This document shows positions 29,147 to 41,963 of a stretch of DNA of 64,000 nucleotides, piece by piece (the first letter of the stretch is position 1; every line of letters begins with the position of its first letter). The position numbers and the translations under genes were made by a program. Under the pieces are notes generated by a model, which saw only the letters and a program-made list of their open reading frames with translations, was not told the DNA's origin and did not search any database. Origin of the DNA: Bacteroidota bacterium (GTDB taxonomy: Bacteria > Bacteroidota > Bacteroidia > Flavobacteriales_F > PHOS-HE28); assembly GCA_014584605.1 (NCBI GenBank), contig JACTMO010000066.1:42923-106922 (forward strand). The letters run 5' to 3'.

Positions 29147-30148
29147 TCAGAACTTGGCGCAGGGGACCACGCGCCTCCGCGCAATGGACTTCCTGCGGCG
29201 ACGGTCGGCCAGTTCATAGCCCATGGTGATCTCGTGCGCACCGCCCGACCGGCCCGCCAGGCGCGACAGGGTGAGGTCGTAGCTGTAGCCAATGCGCATG
29301 TCCTTCACCGAGAAGCCCACCAGCACGGCCAGGGCATCGGTGTTGCCGTAGCCGGGCGCGTAAGCCTTGAACAGCGGGATGCCCCGGTACCAGAGCCCCA
29401 TGAAGAAGGGCTCGCGTTCATAGTACGCCCCGATGTCCAGCTGGTCGTACCGGCCCTGTGCCCGGTAGTTGAACGCCAGCACCACGTGCTCGTCATGCTG
29501 CTTGATCACGCGCCCCAGGATGCGCATGCGGTAGCCGCCGTGCAGGCTGAACTTCCGCGGCACCTTGCTCTCGTTGAGCAGCAGGGACTGGTCCGGCTCG
29601 TTGATGTGGTGCATCGAGGCGCCCAGCCACAGCTTCGGCGTGAAGAAGAGCAGACCCGCGCCGATGTCGCCATAGCGGATGCTCCGGCCGTCTCCGTGCT
29701 CCATGGTGGGCACACCGCCGCGTGCCAGCTGGTCGCCGAAGGTGAGCCTGCTCAGGTCCACCGCATGGTTCACGAAACCGAACTGCATCGCGGGGCGCAG
29801 GAAGACCTTCCGCTTCAGCTCGATCTCGTAGGCGTACTGGGCCGCCACGCTCGTATAGCGCAGGGCGCCGGTGCCCGCGCGGTCGTGCGTCACCAGTAGA
29901 CCCACCCCGCTGTTGAGGTTCTGCATGTAGTGGTCCCACGCGCCGTTGTAGGTCACGAACGCACCGGGGATGCTCGGCCATTGGTCGCGCCAGGCCAGTC
30001 CGAAACGGCTCTGCAGGCCCGTGCCCGCAAAGGCCGGGCTGATGTAGGTGGGCATGGCATAGAACTGCGTGAACTGCGGGTCCTGTGCCTGTGCACAGGA
30101 CGTCGCAGCCCCCAACAGGGCCAGCAGCGCTCCTCGTCTAACGTCCAT
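29147..30148 (-). CDS. PorP/SprF-family type IX secretion system membrane protein
   Basis: …AQAQDPQFTQFYAMPTYISPAFAGTG… matches the family N-terminal consensus (QQDPQFSQY..NP.Y.NPA.AG). Length 333 aa, ending …RRRVVPCAKF. It sits beside a type-B-CTD adhesin as in sprB/sprF loci. Confidence 0.8.
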   Translation of the reverse strand: MDVRRGALLALLGAATSCAQAQDPQFTQFYAMPTYISPAFAGTGLQSRFGLAWRDQWPSIPGAFVTYNGAWDHYMQNLNSGVGLLVTHDRAGTGALRYTSVAAQYAYEIELKRKVFLRPAMQFGFVNHAVDLSRLTFGDQLARGGVPTMEHGDGRSIRYGDIGAGLLFFTPKLWLGASMHHINEPDQSLLLNESKVPRKFSLHGGYRMRILGRVIKQHDEHVVLAFNYRAQGRYDQLDIGAYYEREPFFMGLWYRGIPLFKAYAPGYGNTDALAVLVGFSVKDMRIGYSYDLTLSRLAGRSGGAHEITMGYELADRRRRKSIARRRVVPCAKF

Positions 30149-31736
30149 TCCGGGTCATTCCTTCCACCTGCACGGCGGGCAGCAGGCGGGTCTCACGGCT
30201 CAGTTCACGTCCATGGTCCGGGGCAATGGCCGTCAGCACCTCCTCGATGGCGGCATGGCCCTCGGCCTCGGTGCGCACGTGATAGCGGGCGCCCGGCTCC
30301 AGCACCATCAGGTATCGACCCGTGGCGGCGTTGGTGTTGTACACGCCCAGGATCTCCTCGCGGGCCTCGTCCTCCACCACGATGCGCGCCCGCAGCGGTG
30401 CGTCGAGGTGGTCCGTCACAAGGCCCCGCACCACGAAGTACTCCAGCTGGCTCGAAGGGAAGATCACCTGGTAGATGTCCTGCGCTCCCAGCCCGCCCGG
30501 GCGCTCCGAGGAGAAGTAGCCCGTGGTGCCGTCCTCGCTGAGGCAGAAGTAGATGTCGTCGTTCACCGTGTTCAGCGGGTAGCCCAGGTTCTCCGGATCG
30601 CCCCAGCTGCACTGGTCGTGGTCCAGCATGATGCTCTTGAAGATGTCGTACCCGCCCATGGTGCCGTGCCCATTGGAGCTGAAGAAGAGCGTGGTGCCGT
30701 CGCTGTGCAGGAAGGGTGCGTCCTCGTCGAACGGCGTGTTGATCGTGGGGCCGAGGTTCAGCGGAAGGCTCCACGTCCCGTCGGGCAGACGGCGGATGCG
30801 GTACAGATCGCGCCCGCCGAAGCCGCCCGGCCGGTCGCTGGTGAAGTAGATCTCCTCCCCGTCGGGGCTCAGCGTCGCGCTGGGCTCATGGTGCTCGCTG
30901 TTGATCCGGTCGGTCATCCGTTCGGGCCCGCTCCACTCACCCGCCGCACGTCTGCTCTCGAACAGGTCGCCGCTCACCAGCCCCTGGCCGGTGCGATAGA
31001 CGATCATGCCGTTGCCATCGGCGGACAGGCCCACGGTGGCGTCCTGCAGGGCCGTGTTCAGCGGCGCCCCTGCGTTCACCGCGTTGGACCAGATCTCGTC
31101 CACCCGGCGTGCCGTATAGATGTCCTCGAACCACTGCCCATCGGGGTCCTTCCGACCGCCGGTGGAACCTTCGCGGCGGGAGGTGAAGTACATCGTGTTG
31201 CCGTCCGCCGTCACCAGCGGGCAGTAGTCGTGCGCCGGGGAATTGACCAGGGCGCCCAGGTTGCGCACCGTCAGATCCACCGGTTGACGCACCAGGGCCT
31301 TGGCATTGCGGCAGATGGCGATGGCGCGGTCCACTTCCGCATCGCCCAGCATACGGTGCTTCACGGCCTTGTACCGACCAAGCAGGTCGATGGCCTCGTC
31401 GAAGCGCTCCTGCCGGTGCCGGGCCAGCCCCAGATGGTAGGCGGCTTCGGGGTGGCCGTGCCGCAGCGCCCGCTCGAACAACGGGGCGGCCTTCTGGCGC
31501 AGGCCGGGGATCCGCGCATAGCACAGGCCCAGCTCATGCGCCACCTCGGCGAAGCTGGTGTCCACCAGCTCCAACCGGCGATAGATCTTGGCCGCCTCCA
31601 CGACGTCCTCCGCGGCCAGCAGCACCTTGGCCTCGTCCAGCATGCGGTTGTGCACACGGGTGTAGTTGGCCTGGCCCATGGCGGTGAGCGGGGCGGCCGT
31701 CAGCATCAGGATGGGGATCAGGTAGCGTTCTCGCAT
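30138..31736 (-). CDS. TPR plus PD40 (TolB-like WD40) repeat protein of the SprB-locus accessory type
   Basis: N-terminal TPR region, then three PD40 repeats (YFTSDRPGGFGGRDLYRI, FFSSNGHGTMGGYDIFKS, YFSSERPGGLGAQDIYQV). Confidence 0.75.
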   Translation of the reverse strand: MRERYLIPILMLTAAPLTAMGQANYTRVHNRMLDEAKVLLAAEDVVEAAKIYRRLELVDTSFAEVAHELGLCYARIPGLRQKAAPLFERALRHGHPEAAYHLGLARHRQERFDEAIDLLGRYKAVKHRMLGDAEVDRAIAICRNAKALVRQPVDLTVRNLGALVNSPAHDYCPLVTADGNTMYFTSRREGSTGGRKDPDGQWFEDIYTARRVDEIWSNAVNAGAPLNTALQDATVGLSADGNGMIVYRTGQGLVSGDLFESRRAAGEWSGPERMTDRINSEHHEPSATLSPDGEEIYFTSDRPGGFGGRDLYRIRRLPDGTWSLPLNLGPTINTPFDEDAPFLHSDGTTLFFSSNGHGTMGGYDIFKSIMLDHDQCSWGDPENLGYPLNTVNDDIYFCLSEDGTTGYFSSERPGGLGAQDIYQVIFPSSQLEYFVVRGLVTDHLDAPLRARIVVEDEAREEILGVYNTNAATGRYLMVLEPGARYHVRTEAEGHAAIEEVLTAIAPDHGRELSRETRLLPAVQVEGMTRNGR

Positions 31737-31747
31737 GTGTTCCAGGT

Positions 31748-36280
<4,533 letters not shown>

Positions 36281-36375
36281 TCCGCCCCTTCCTACGGCGA
36301 CCGGGCCGTGAAGGATACCGGGGAACCCTTGTGATCGACCGGCGTACAACGGCCATCGACCAGCATCCTCCCATC

Positions 36376-37857
36376 ATGGAACGATACGACCTCTGCGTCA
36401 TCGGAGGCGGCCCCGCCGGATATGCGGCCGCCATGCGCGCCATCGACCTGGGCCTGCGCACCCTGCTGGTGGAGAAGGACCGCATCGGGGGTACCGGCAT
36501 CTACAACGGCGCACTGATGTCCAAGACCTTGTGGGAGATCGCCCAGCGGGTGGCCGGGACCAACGCCATGGTGCGCACCAGGGGCATCCCACCCTTCCAG
36601 CCGTCGTGGTCGGGCATCACCCGCACGGTGAACGATGCGGTGTTCGAGCGCAAGTATCTCTACGCCTGCCACATGCAGCTGCTCGAGAGCCAGGGCCATC
36701 TGTTCCGGCACGCCCGGGGCAGCGCTTCCTTCCTCGGGCCGCATCGCCTGTGCATCGATCTGGCCGGCCGTCGCCGGGAGGTCGAGGCCGAACACGTGGT
36801 GATCGCCACCGGCTCGCGCCCGCGGTCGCTGCCCGGCCTGCAGGCGGACGAGCGGCGCATCCTCACCAGCGACGGCATCTTCCGGCTGGACGAGCTGCCG
36901 GAGAGCATCGTGATCGTCGGCGCCGGGGTCATCGGCTGCGAGTTCGCCACGATCCTCAGCCACCTGGGCCGCACCCGCGTCCACCTCATCGACCGCGCCG
37001 AACGCATCCTGCCCTTCGAGGACGCCGACATCAGCGAACTGGTGGCCGACAACCTGGAGCGGAACGGCGTAGTGATCCACCGCGCGGCCAAGCTGGAACG
37101 CCTGGAGGCCATGCCCCACGGCGTGGAGTACGACCTGAGCTACGCGAACGGCGGCACCGAACGCGTGGTCGTGCAAAAGGCCCTGCTGTCGGTGGGGCGG
37201 TCGCCCAACCTGCAGGGACTGGGCCTCGAGGCGGCCGGCCTCACCCTGGACCCCCGCACCGGCGCCCTGGCCGTGGACGGCATCCGCACCGCCCAGGATC
37301 ACATCCTGGTGGTGGGCGACGCCACCGGCAGCAACATGCTGGTGAACCTCGGTGAACTGGAAGGTCGGCATGCTGCGGAGCTCATCGCCGGGCGCCAGCC
37401 CGCACCCATCAGCTACGGCCAGGTCAGCACCATCATGTTCCTGGACCCCGAAGTGGCCGGTGTGGGCCTCAACGAGCAGGAATGCCGCAAGCGCGGCATC
37501 GCCTACCGCGTGGCCCGCATCGACTACAGCTGCCTCGCACGCGCCATCGCCATGCGGCGCACCCAGGGCTTCTTCAAGCTGCTCGTCACGGACGACGCGG
37601 ACATGCGCGTGCTGGGCATGCGGGCCGTGGGCGAGCACGCCTCCAGCGCCATCGAGGCCGTGGCCCTGCTCATGCACATGGGGCAGGGCATCCGGCACCT
37701 GGCCGAGATGGTGCACCCCCACCCCAGCATCATCGAAGGCGTGCAGGAGTGCGCCCGCACCTTGATGGGCAACGGCATCTTCAAGCCCGAGGTGTTCGGC
37801 GACCGGATGGAATGCCGCAGCTGGCGCCCCTCCCCGACCGTCGAACGCGCCGCCTGA
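36376..37857 (+). CDS. FAD/NAD(P)-binding pyridine-nucleotide-disulfide-oxidoreductase-family flavoprotein lacking the redox-active CxxxxC
   Basis: MERYDLCVIGGGPAGYAAAM… (FAD site); the usual GGTCLNVGC position reads GGTGIYNGALMSK with no Cys; NAD site …IVIVGAGVIGCEFA…; dimerisation domain present. Confidence 0.75.
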   Translation: MERYDLCVIGGGPAGYAAAMRAIDLGLRTLLVEKDRIGGTGIYNGALMSKTLWEIAQRVAGTNAMVRTRGIPPFQPSWSGITRTVNDAVFERKYLYACHMQLLESQGHLFRHARGSASFLGPHRLCIDLAGRRREVEAEHVVIATGSRPRSLPGLQADERRILTSDGIFRLDELPESIVIVGAGVIGCEFATILSHLGRTRVHLIDRAERILPFEDADISELVADNLERNGVVIHRAAKLERLEAMPHGVEYDLSYANGGTERVVVQKALLSVGRSPNLQGLGLEAAGLTLDPRTGALAVDGIRTAQDHILVVGDATGSNMLVNLGELEGRHAAELIAGRQPAPISYGQVSTIMFLDPEVAGVGLNEQECRKRGIAYRVARIDYSCLARAIAMRRTQGFFKLLVTDDADMRVLGMRAVGEHASSAIEAVALLMHMGQGIRHLAEMVHPHPSIIEGVQECARTLMGNGIFKPEVFGDRMECRSWRPSPTVERAA

Positions 37858-38988
37858 TCAAGGGGTCCCGGGGTCCTGGAACCGGGGGTCGTTCACGAAG
37901 TCGTGGTCCGTGAGCGCGTTCAGGAAAGCCACCAGCGCCGCCTTGTCCGAGGCCGGCAGTTGCAGCCCTCCCTGCGTGTACTTCATGAAGGGGCTGATGG
38001 TCTCCGATGGCTTGCCGCCCGAGTTGTAGTGCTCCACCACCTGCTCAAGCGTCGCGAACCGACCATCGTGCATGTAAGGCCCCGACAAGGCCACGTTGCG
38101 CAGGCTGGGCACCTTGAACTTGGCGCGGTCCAGCGGATCGCCGGTGACCTCGAAGCGGCCCATGTCCGTGAAGACCGAGTCCAGGCCGTTGTTCTCGAAC
38201 TGGCCGTTGGTGAACAGCCCGCCCGCATGCGTGTGGCAGTGGAAACAATCGGCGCCCCACTGGCCGCCCTGGCCGGCGGCCGGGTCGCCACCTTCCAGCT
38301 GGGTGAGGATGAATCCGCGCTGCTCCTCCTGGGTGAACACCGCCTCCCCGCGCGCCACCTTGTCCACCTTGGAATTGGCGCTGATCATGGTGCGCAGGAA
38401 CTGCCCGAGGGCCTTGGCCACCAGGGTGCTGTCGATCACGTCGGTGTTGAACGCCCGGATGAAGAGGGCCCGGTAGGCGCTGTCAGCCTGCAGCTCGGCC
38501 ACCGCGTTCGGCCAGGCCTCATGCATCTCCACGGGATCGATCACCGGCATCAGCACCTGCTGTTCCAGGGTCGGCTTGCGCCCGTCCCAGAAGAAGCTGG
38601 TCTCCCAGCCCAGGTTCATCAACGCCATGCTGTTGCGCCGCCCCTGCAGGCCATCGATGCCCAGGCTGAAGGCGTTGGGCGCATCGCTGAAGGCGTTGGC
38701 CGGGGCATGGCAGCCCGCGCAGCTCTGCGTGTTGTTGCCGCTCAGTCGCTCCTCATAGAACAGGTAGCGGCCCAGCTCCACGCCCCGCACCGTGATCGGG
38801 TTGTCCGGCGGAACCACCATCGGAGGAAAGTTGGCCGGTGTCACCAGGGGGTACGGCGTGGGGTCGTACACGGGGACCCCGCTGCCACCACCGTTGGAGG
38901 GCTCGTCAGGGCCGGGTTTGCGACAACCGGCGATCGCCGTCAAAAGGACGGTCACAGCGGTCAGGATGCGGAGGTTCCTCTTGGTCAT
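37858..38988 (-). CDS. Di-heme cytochrome-c peroxidase (CCP/MauG family) lipoprotein, MbnH-like
   Basis: Lipoprotein signal MTKRNLRILTAVTVLLTAIAGC; two heme sites, CAGCH and CFHCH; CCP fold motifs (…VPSLRNVALSGPYMHDG…). Confidence 0.85.
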   Translation of the reverse strand: MTKRNLRILTAVTVLLTAIAGCRKPGPDEPSNGGGSGVPVYDPTPYPLVTPANFPPMVVPPDNPITVRGVELGRYLFYEERLSGNNTQSCAGCHAPANAFSDAPNAFSLGIDGLQGRRNSMALMNLGWETSFFWDGRKPTLEQQVLMPVIDPVEMHEAWPNAVAELQADSAYRALFIRAFNTDVIDSTLVAKALGQFLRTMISANSKVDKVARGEAVFTQEEQRGFILTQLEGGDPAAGQGGQWGADCFHCHTHAGGLFTNGQFENNGLDSVFTDMGRFEVTGDPLDRAKFKVPSLRNVALSGPYMHDGRFATLEQVVEHYNSGGKPSETISPFMKYTQGGLQLPASDKAALVAFLNALTDHDFVNDPRFQDPGTP

Positions 38989-39980
38989 GGCACTTGGTCC
39001 AGGGGACGTTCGTCGGTGAGTGCGTGCAGGAAGGCCAGCAGGTCGGTGCGCTCCTGGGCCGTAAGGGTGAACGGGCCCAGCAGCGGATCCTTGTTGGGGT
39101 GCGCCAGCCCGCCCGAGGCGAAGTGGTCCACCACCTCTTCCAGGGTGGCCATGGCCCCGTCGTGCATGTACGGAGCGGTGCGCGCGATGTTGCGCAGCGT
39201 GGGCACCTTGAACTTGCCCTCGTCGGCGGGGTCGAGCGAAATGCGCGCCCGGCCGGGGTCGGCATAGGTGAGGTATTGCCCCACGTTGCGGTAGCTGTGG
39301 TCGCTCAGGTCGAAACCGCTGTGGCATCCGGTGCAACCCGCCACCGGACCCGAGAACAGCTGCCATCCGTTCGCCTCGCTCGTGGTCAGGGCCATGCTGT
39401 CGCCCTCGTACAGGTAGCGGTCGAAACGCGACCAGCCGCTGATCAAGGTCCGTTCGTAACTGGCGATGGCCCGGGTGATCACATAGGGGTCCAGCGCGCG
39501 GCCGTAGGCCAGCTGGCTCAGGCTGCGGTAGGGCTCCTGGTCGCGCAGTTCCCCGGCCAGAACGAGCACGTCGTGGTCCATCTCGTGCTCATCAAGGATC
39601 GGCGCCAGCACCTGCATCTCCAGGTTGGGCACACCGCCGTCGCGGAACAGTTCCGGATGGTAGGCCACGTTGGCCAGGGTGGGTGCGTTGCGCATCCCCG
39701 GCTGCTGATCCACCCCGAGGCTCAGGGCCACCGTGTCGCTGAAGGCATGGTCCGGGAAATGGCAACTGCCGCAGCTCACCGTGCCCGTGCGCGAGAGCCG
39801 CGGCTCAAAGAAGAGGTGCTTCCCCAGTTCCACCGCAGGCCGCGTCAACGGGTTGTCGCCCGGCACGGGCACTGCGGGCATCCACGCCGGAACCTCGAGC
39901 GGAAAGGGTTCCGTGGCCATGGACTGCGGAAGCGGTCCGTCCTTGCGGCAGCCCACCAGCCCCAGGACCGTCACCGCCAT
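38985..39980 (-). CDS. Di-heme cytochrome-c peroxidase (CCP/MauG family), second copy, MbnH-like
   Basis: MAVTVLGLVGC lipoprotein-type start; heme motifs CGSCH and CTGCH; …VPTLRNIARTAPYMHDG…. Its stop overlaps the start of the downstream peroxidase. Confidence 0.8.
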   Translation of the reverse strand: MAVTVLGLVGCRKDGPLPQSMATEPFPLEVPAWMPAVPVPGDNPLTRPAVELGKHLFFEPRLSRTGTVSCGSCHFPDHAFSDTVALSLGVDQQPGMRNAPTLANVAYHPELFRDGGVPNLEMQVLAPILDEHEMDHDVLVLAGELRDQEPYRSLSQLAYGRALDPYVITRAIASYERTLISGWSRFDRYLYEGDSMALTTSEANGWQLFSGPVAGCTGCHSGFDLSDHSYRNVGQYLTYADPGRARISLDPADEGKFKVPTLRNIARTAPYMHDGAMATLEEVVDHFASGGLAHPNKDPLLGPFTLTAQERTDLLAFLHALTDERPLDQVP

Positions 39981-39994
39981 CAACGACCAGGGTC

Positions 39995-40762
39995 TCACTG
40001 CACCTTGATGCTGCCCAGTACGTTGTCGCTGAAGCGCATCGCCAGCGGCATGTTGTCGCCGTGGGCCTGATGGTCCGTCACCAGGTCGATGGTGTCCACC
40101 GCATTGTGAAAGAACCGGTCCACTTCCAATTGCAGCACCAGGTCGGTGGTATCCCCGCCGTCCACGGTGAAGGGGGCCGCGAAAGCCAGGTCGCGCACCC
40201 GGTAGCAGGGATCCATGCCGCTGTGGATGGAGAACAGGTTCGTGGGCACGCCCGTACCGTTGGGGTCCGTGTCGTAGCGCCCATCGAACATCACGAAACG
40301 GTAGCCCGTGGCCCAGGTCCAGTAGGTGCCGTTGCTCACGCTCAAGGGATGCCCCACCGGATAGAGCACCGGATCGGTGGCGTTGAGGGCTGCCGGCACG
40401 CCCAGGCCCAGATGAAGACCGCTGTATGTGCCCGCTTCCGCCTCGAAAAGCTCTTCCGTTCCACCGTTCAGGGCATCGAAAAGCGCGATATCGGCCAGCT
40501 CCGTCGCCCCGCCAGGGCCCGTGAGGCGCAATTCGGCCAGGTATAGTTTCAGCAGTTCCACCTGCGTTCGGTAGTTGGTCACGTTCAGATGGACCGATCC
40601 GGCCTGCAGGGGCTGTCCCTGCCAGGTGGCTTCCACTTTCAACCGGACAAGCCCTTGCGGGCCGTCCGTCCCATAGGGCTTGTGGCAGCCGACCAACAGG
40701 GCCATGCCACAGGACAATGCAACGATGGCGACGGAACGATGGGTACGGTTCTGGTTCATCAT
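39995..40762 (-). CDS. Periplasmic lipoprotein, putative MbnP-family (copper-binding partner of the MbnH-type peroxidase), copy 2
   Basis: Signal plus lipobox (…ALSCGMALLVGC|HKPYG); conserved block …GTYWTWATGYRFVMFDGRYD…DRFFHNAVDTIDL…. The MbnP call is by context (upstream of the di-heme peroxidases) and memory of the family only. Confidence 0.45.
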   Translation of the reverse strand: MMNQNRTHRSVAIVALSCGMALLVGCHKPYGTDGPQGLVRLKVEATWQGQPLQAGSVHLNVTNYRTQVELLKLYLAELRLTGPGGATELADIALFDALNGGTEELFEAEAGTYSGLHLGLGVPAALNATDPVLYPVGHPLSVSNGTYWTWATGYRFVMFDGRYDTDPNGTGVPTNLFSIHSGMDPCYRVRDLAFAAPFTVDGGDTTDLVLQLEVDRFFHNAVDTIDLVTDHQAHGDNMPLAMRFSDNVLGSIKVQ

Positions 40763-40898
40763 GGCAGTTGTTCCCGGTCTTGCTGCTTTTCCGGAAATTC
40801 AAAGATAAGCGCACCCTCCTCACTACCGGCCTGAGCCATGTCAGGTACGACGAACAGATCCCCGTACTCTTCAATGCAACCGGATCCCGCCGATCCCG

Positions 40899-41651
40899 TC
40901 ACTCCACCGACATGCTTTGGAGCACGTTGTCGGTGAAACGCATGGCCAGGGGCAGATCGTTGCCGTGCGTCTGGTTCTCCGTGGCCAGGTCGATCGTATC
41001 CAGGGCGTTGTGGAAGAAACGGTCCACGTCAAGACGGACGAGCAGTTCGGTGGTGTCCCCGGCCTGCACGGTGAGGGGGGCCGGAAGGCTGAAGTCCCGC
41101 ACGCGGTAGCACGGGTCCATGCCGGTCTCGAAGGTGAACAGGTTCGGAGGCGTGCCCGCACCGTTGGGATCGAGGTCGTACCGCCCATCGAACATCACGA
41201 AGCGATACCCCGTGGCCCAGGTCCAATAGGTTCCGTTGCCCAAGCTCAGCGGATGCCCCACCGGATAGAGCACCGGATCGGAGGCGTTGAGGACCGCCGG
41301 CACCCCCAGGCCCAGATGCAGGCCGCTGTATGTGCCCGCTTCCGCCGCGAGCACCGTGTCCGTTCCTCCGTCAAGGGCATTGAAGAAAGTGATCTCGGCC
41401 AGTTCGCTCGCCCCGCCCGGACCGGTGAGCCGCATTTCCGCCAGATACAGCTTCAGGACATCCACCTGGGTCCGATAGCCGCTCACGTTGGCCGCCAACA
41501 TCCCGGTCTGCACGGGCTGCCCCTGCCAGATAGCCTCCACCTTCACCCGCACGTGCCCTTGAGGACCACCCACACCGTAGGGCTTGTGGCAGCCTGCCAG
41601 CACGGCGGCCGCAGCGATGAGCAATACCGGGGAGCGGAACATGGGTCGCAT
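40899..41651 (-). CDS. Periplasmic lipoprotein, putative MbnP-family, copy 1 (paralog of 39995-40762)
   Basis: MRPMFRSPVLLIAAAAVLAGC|HKPYG…; about 75% identical to the downstream copy over its whole length (…GTYWTWATGYRFVMFDGRYD…DRFFHNALDTIDL…). Confidence 0.45.
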   Translation of the reverse strand: MRPMFRSPVLLIAAAAVLAGCHKPYGVGGPQGHVRVKVEAIWQGQPVQTGMLAANVSGYRTQVDVLKLYLAEMRLTGPGGASELAEITFFNALDGGTDTVLAAEAGTYSGLHLGLGVPAVLNASDPVLYPVGHPLSLGNGTYWTWATGYRFVMFDGRYDLDPNGAGTPPNLFTFETGMDPCYRVRDFSLPAPLTVQAGDTTELLVRLDVDRFFHNALDTIDLATENQTHGNDLPLAMRFTDNVLQSMSVE

Positions 41652-41963
41652 GGGAGGTCGGTCCTGGTGAAAGGATGCGTTCGGAAGGCGGTCCGTTGCC
41701 TGAACGCCAAAGTTATTCAGCGGCTCCAAGATCATCCGATCATGGGCGTTGCACAAGTGCTCGCAACGGATGGACCGTTCCCATTGAACCCTCGGCCAGT
41801 GATCTCAAAGGGGCTGGTCATGGATCGGTATGCATCAGCGTCCATCCCTGGTTCCGCACATTCCCGCGAAGGCGCTGCCCGGCGCATGAACAAGATCCGA
41901 TGACCCTCCCGGCACCCCGCGTTGGCATCGCTCCCCGCGACCGGTCCTCTACCTTCGAACCCC

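Larger units (their letters stand above)
39995..41651 (-). repeat. Tandem gene duplication (two ~0.75-kb units encoding the paralogous lipoproteins)
   Basis: The protein alignment of the two ORFs is collinear end to end; nucleotide similarity is obvious in blocks (for example …ccgctgtatgtgcccgcttccgc… occurs in both). Confidence 0.7.

Noticed and set aside
36292-37722. 476-aa minus-strand ORF
   Set aside because: Antisense to the flavoprotein, which has intact FAD/NAD motifs.
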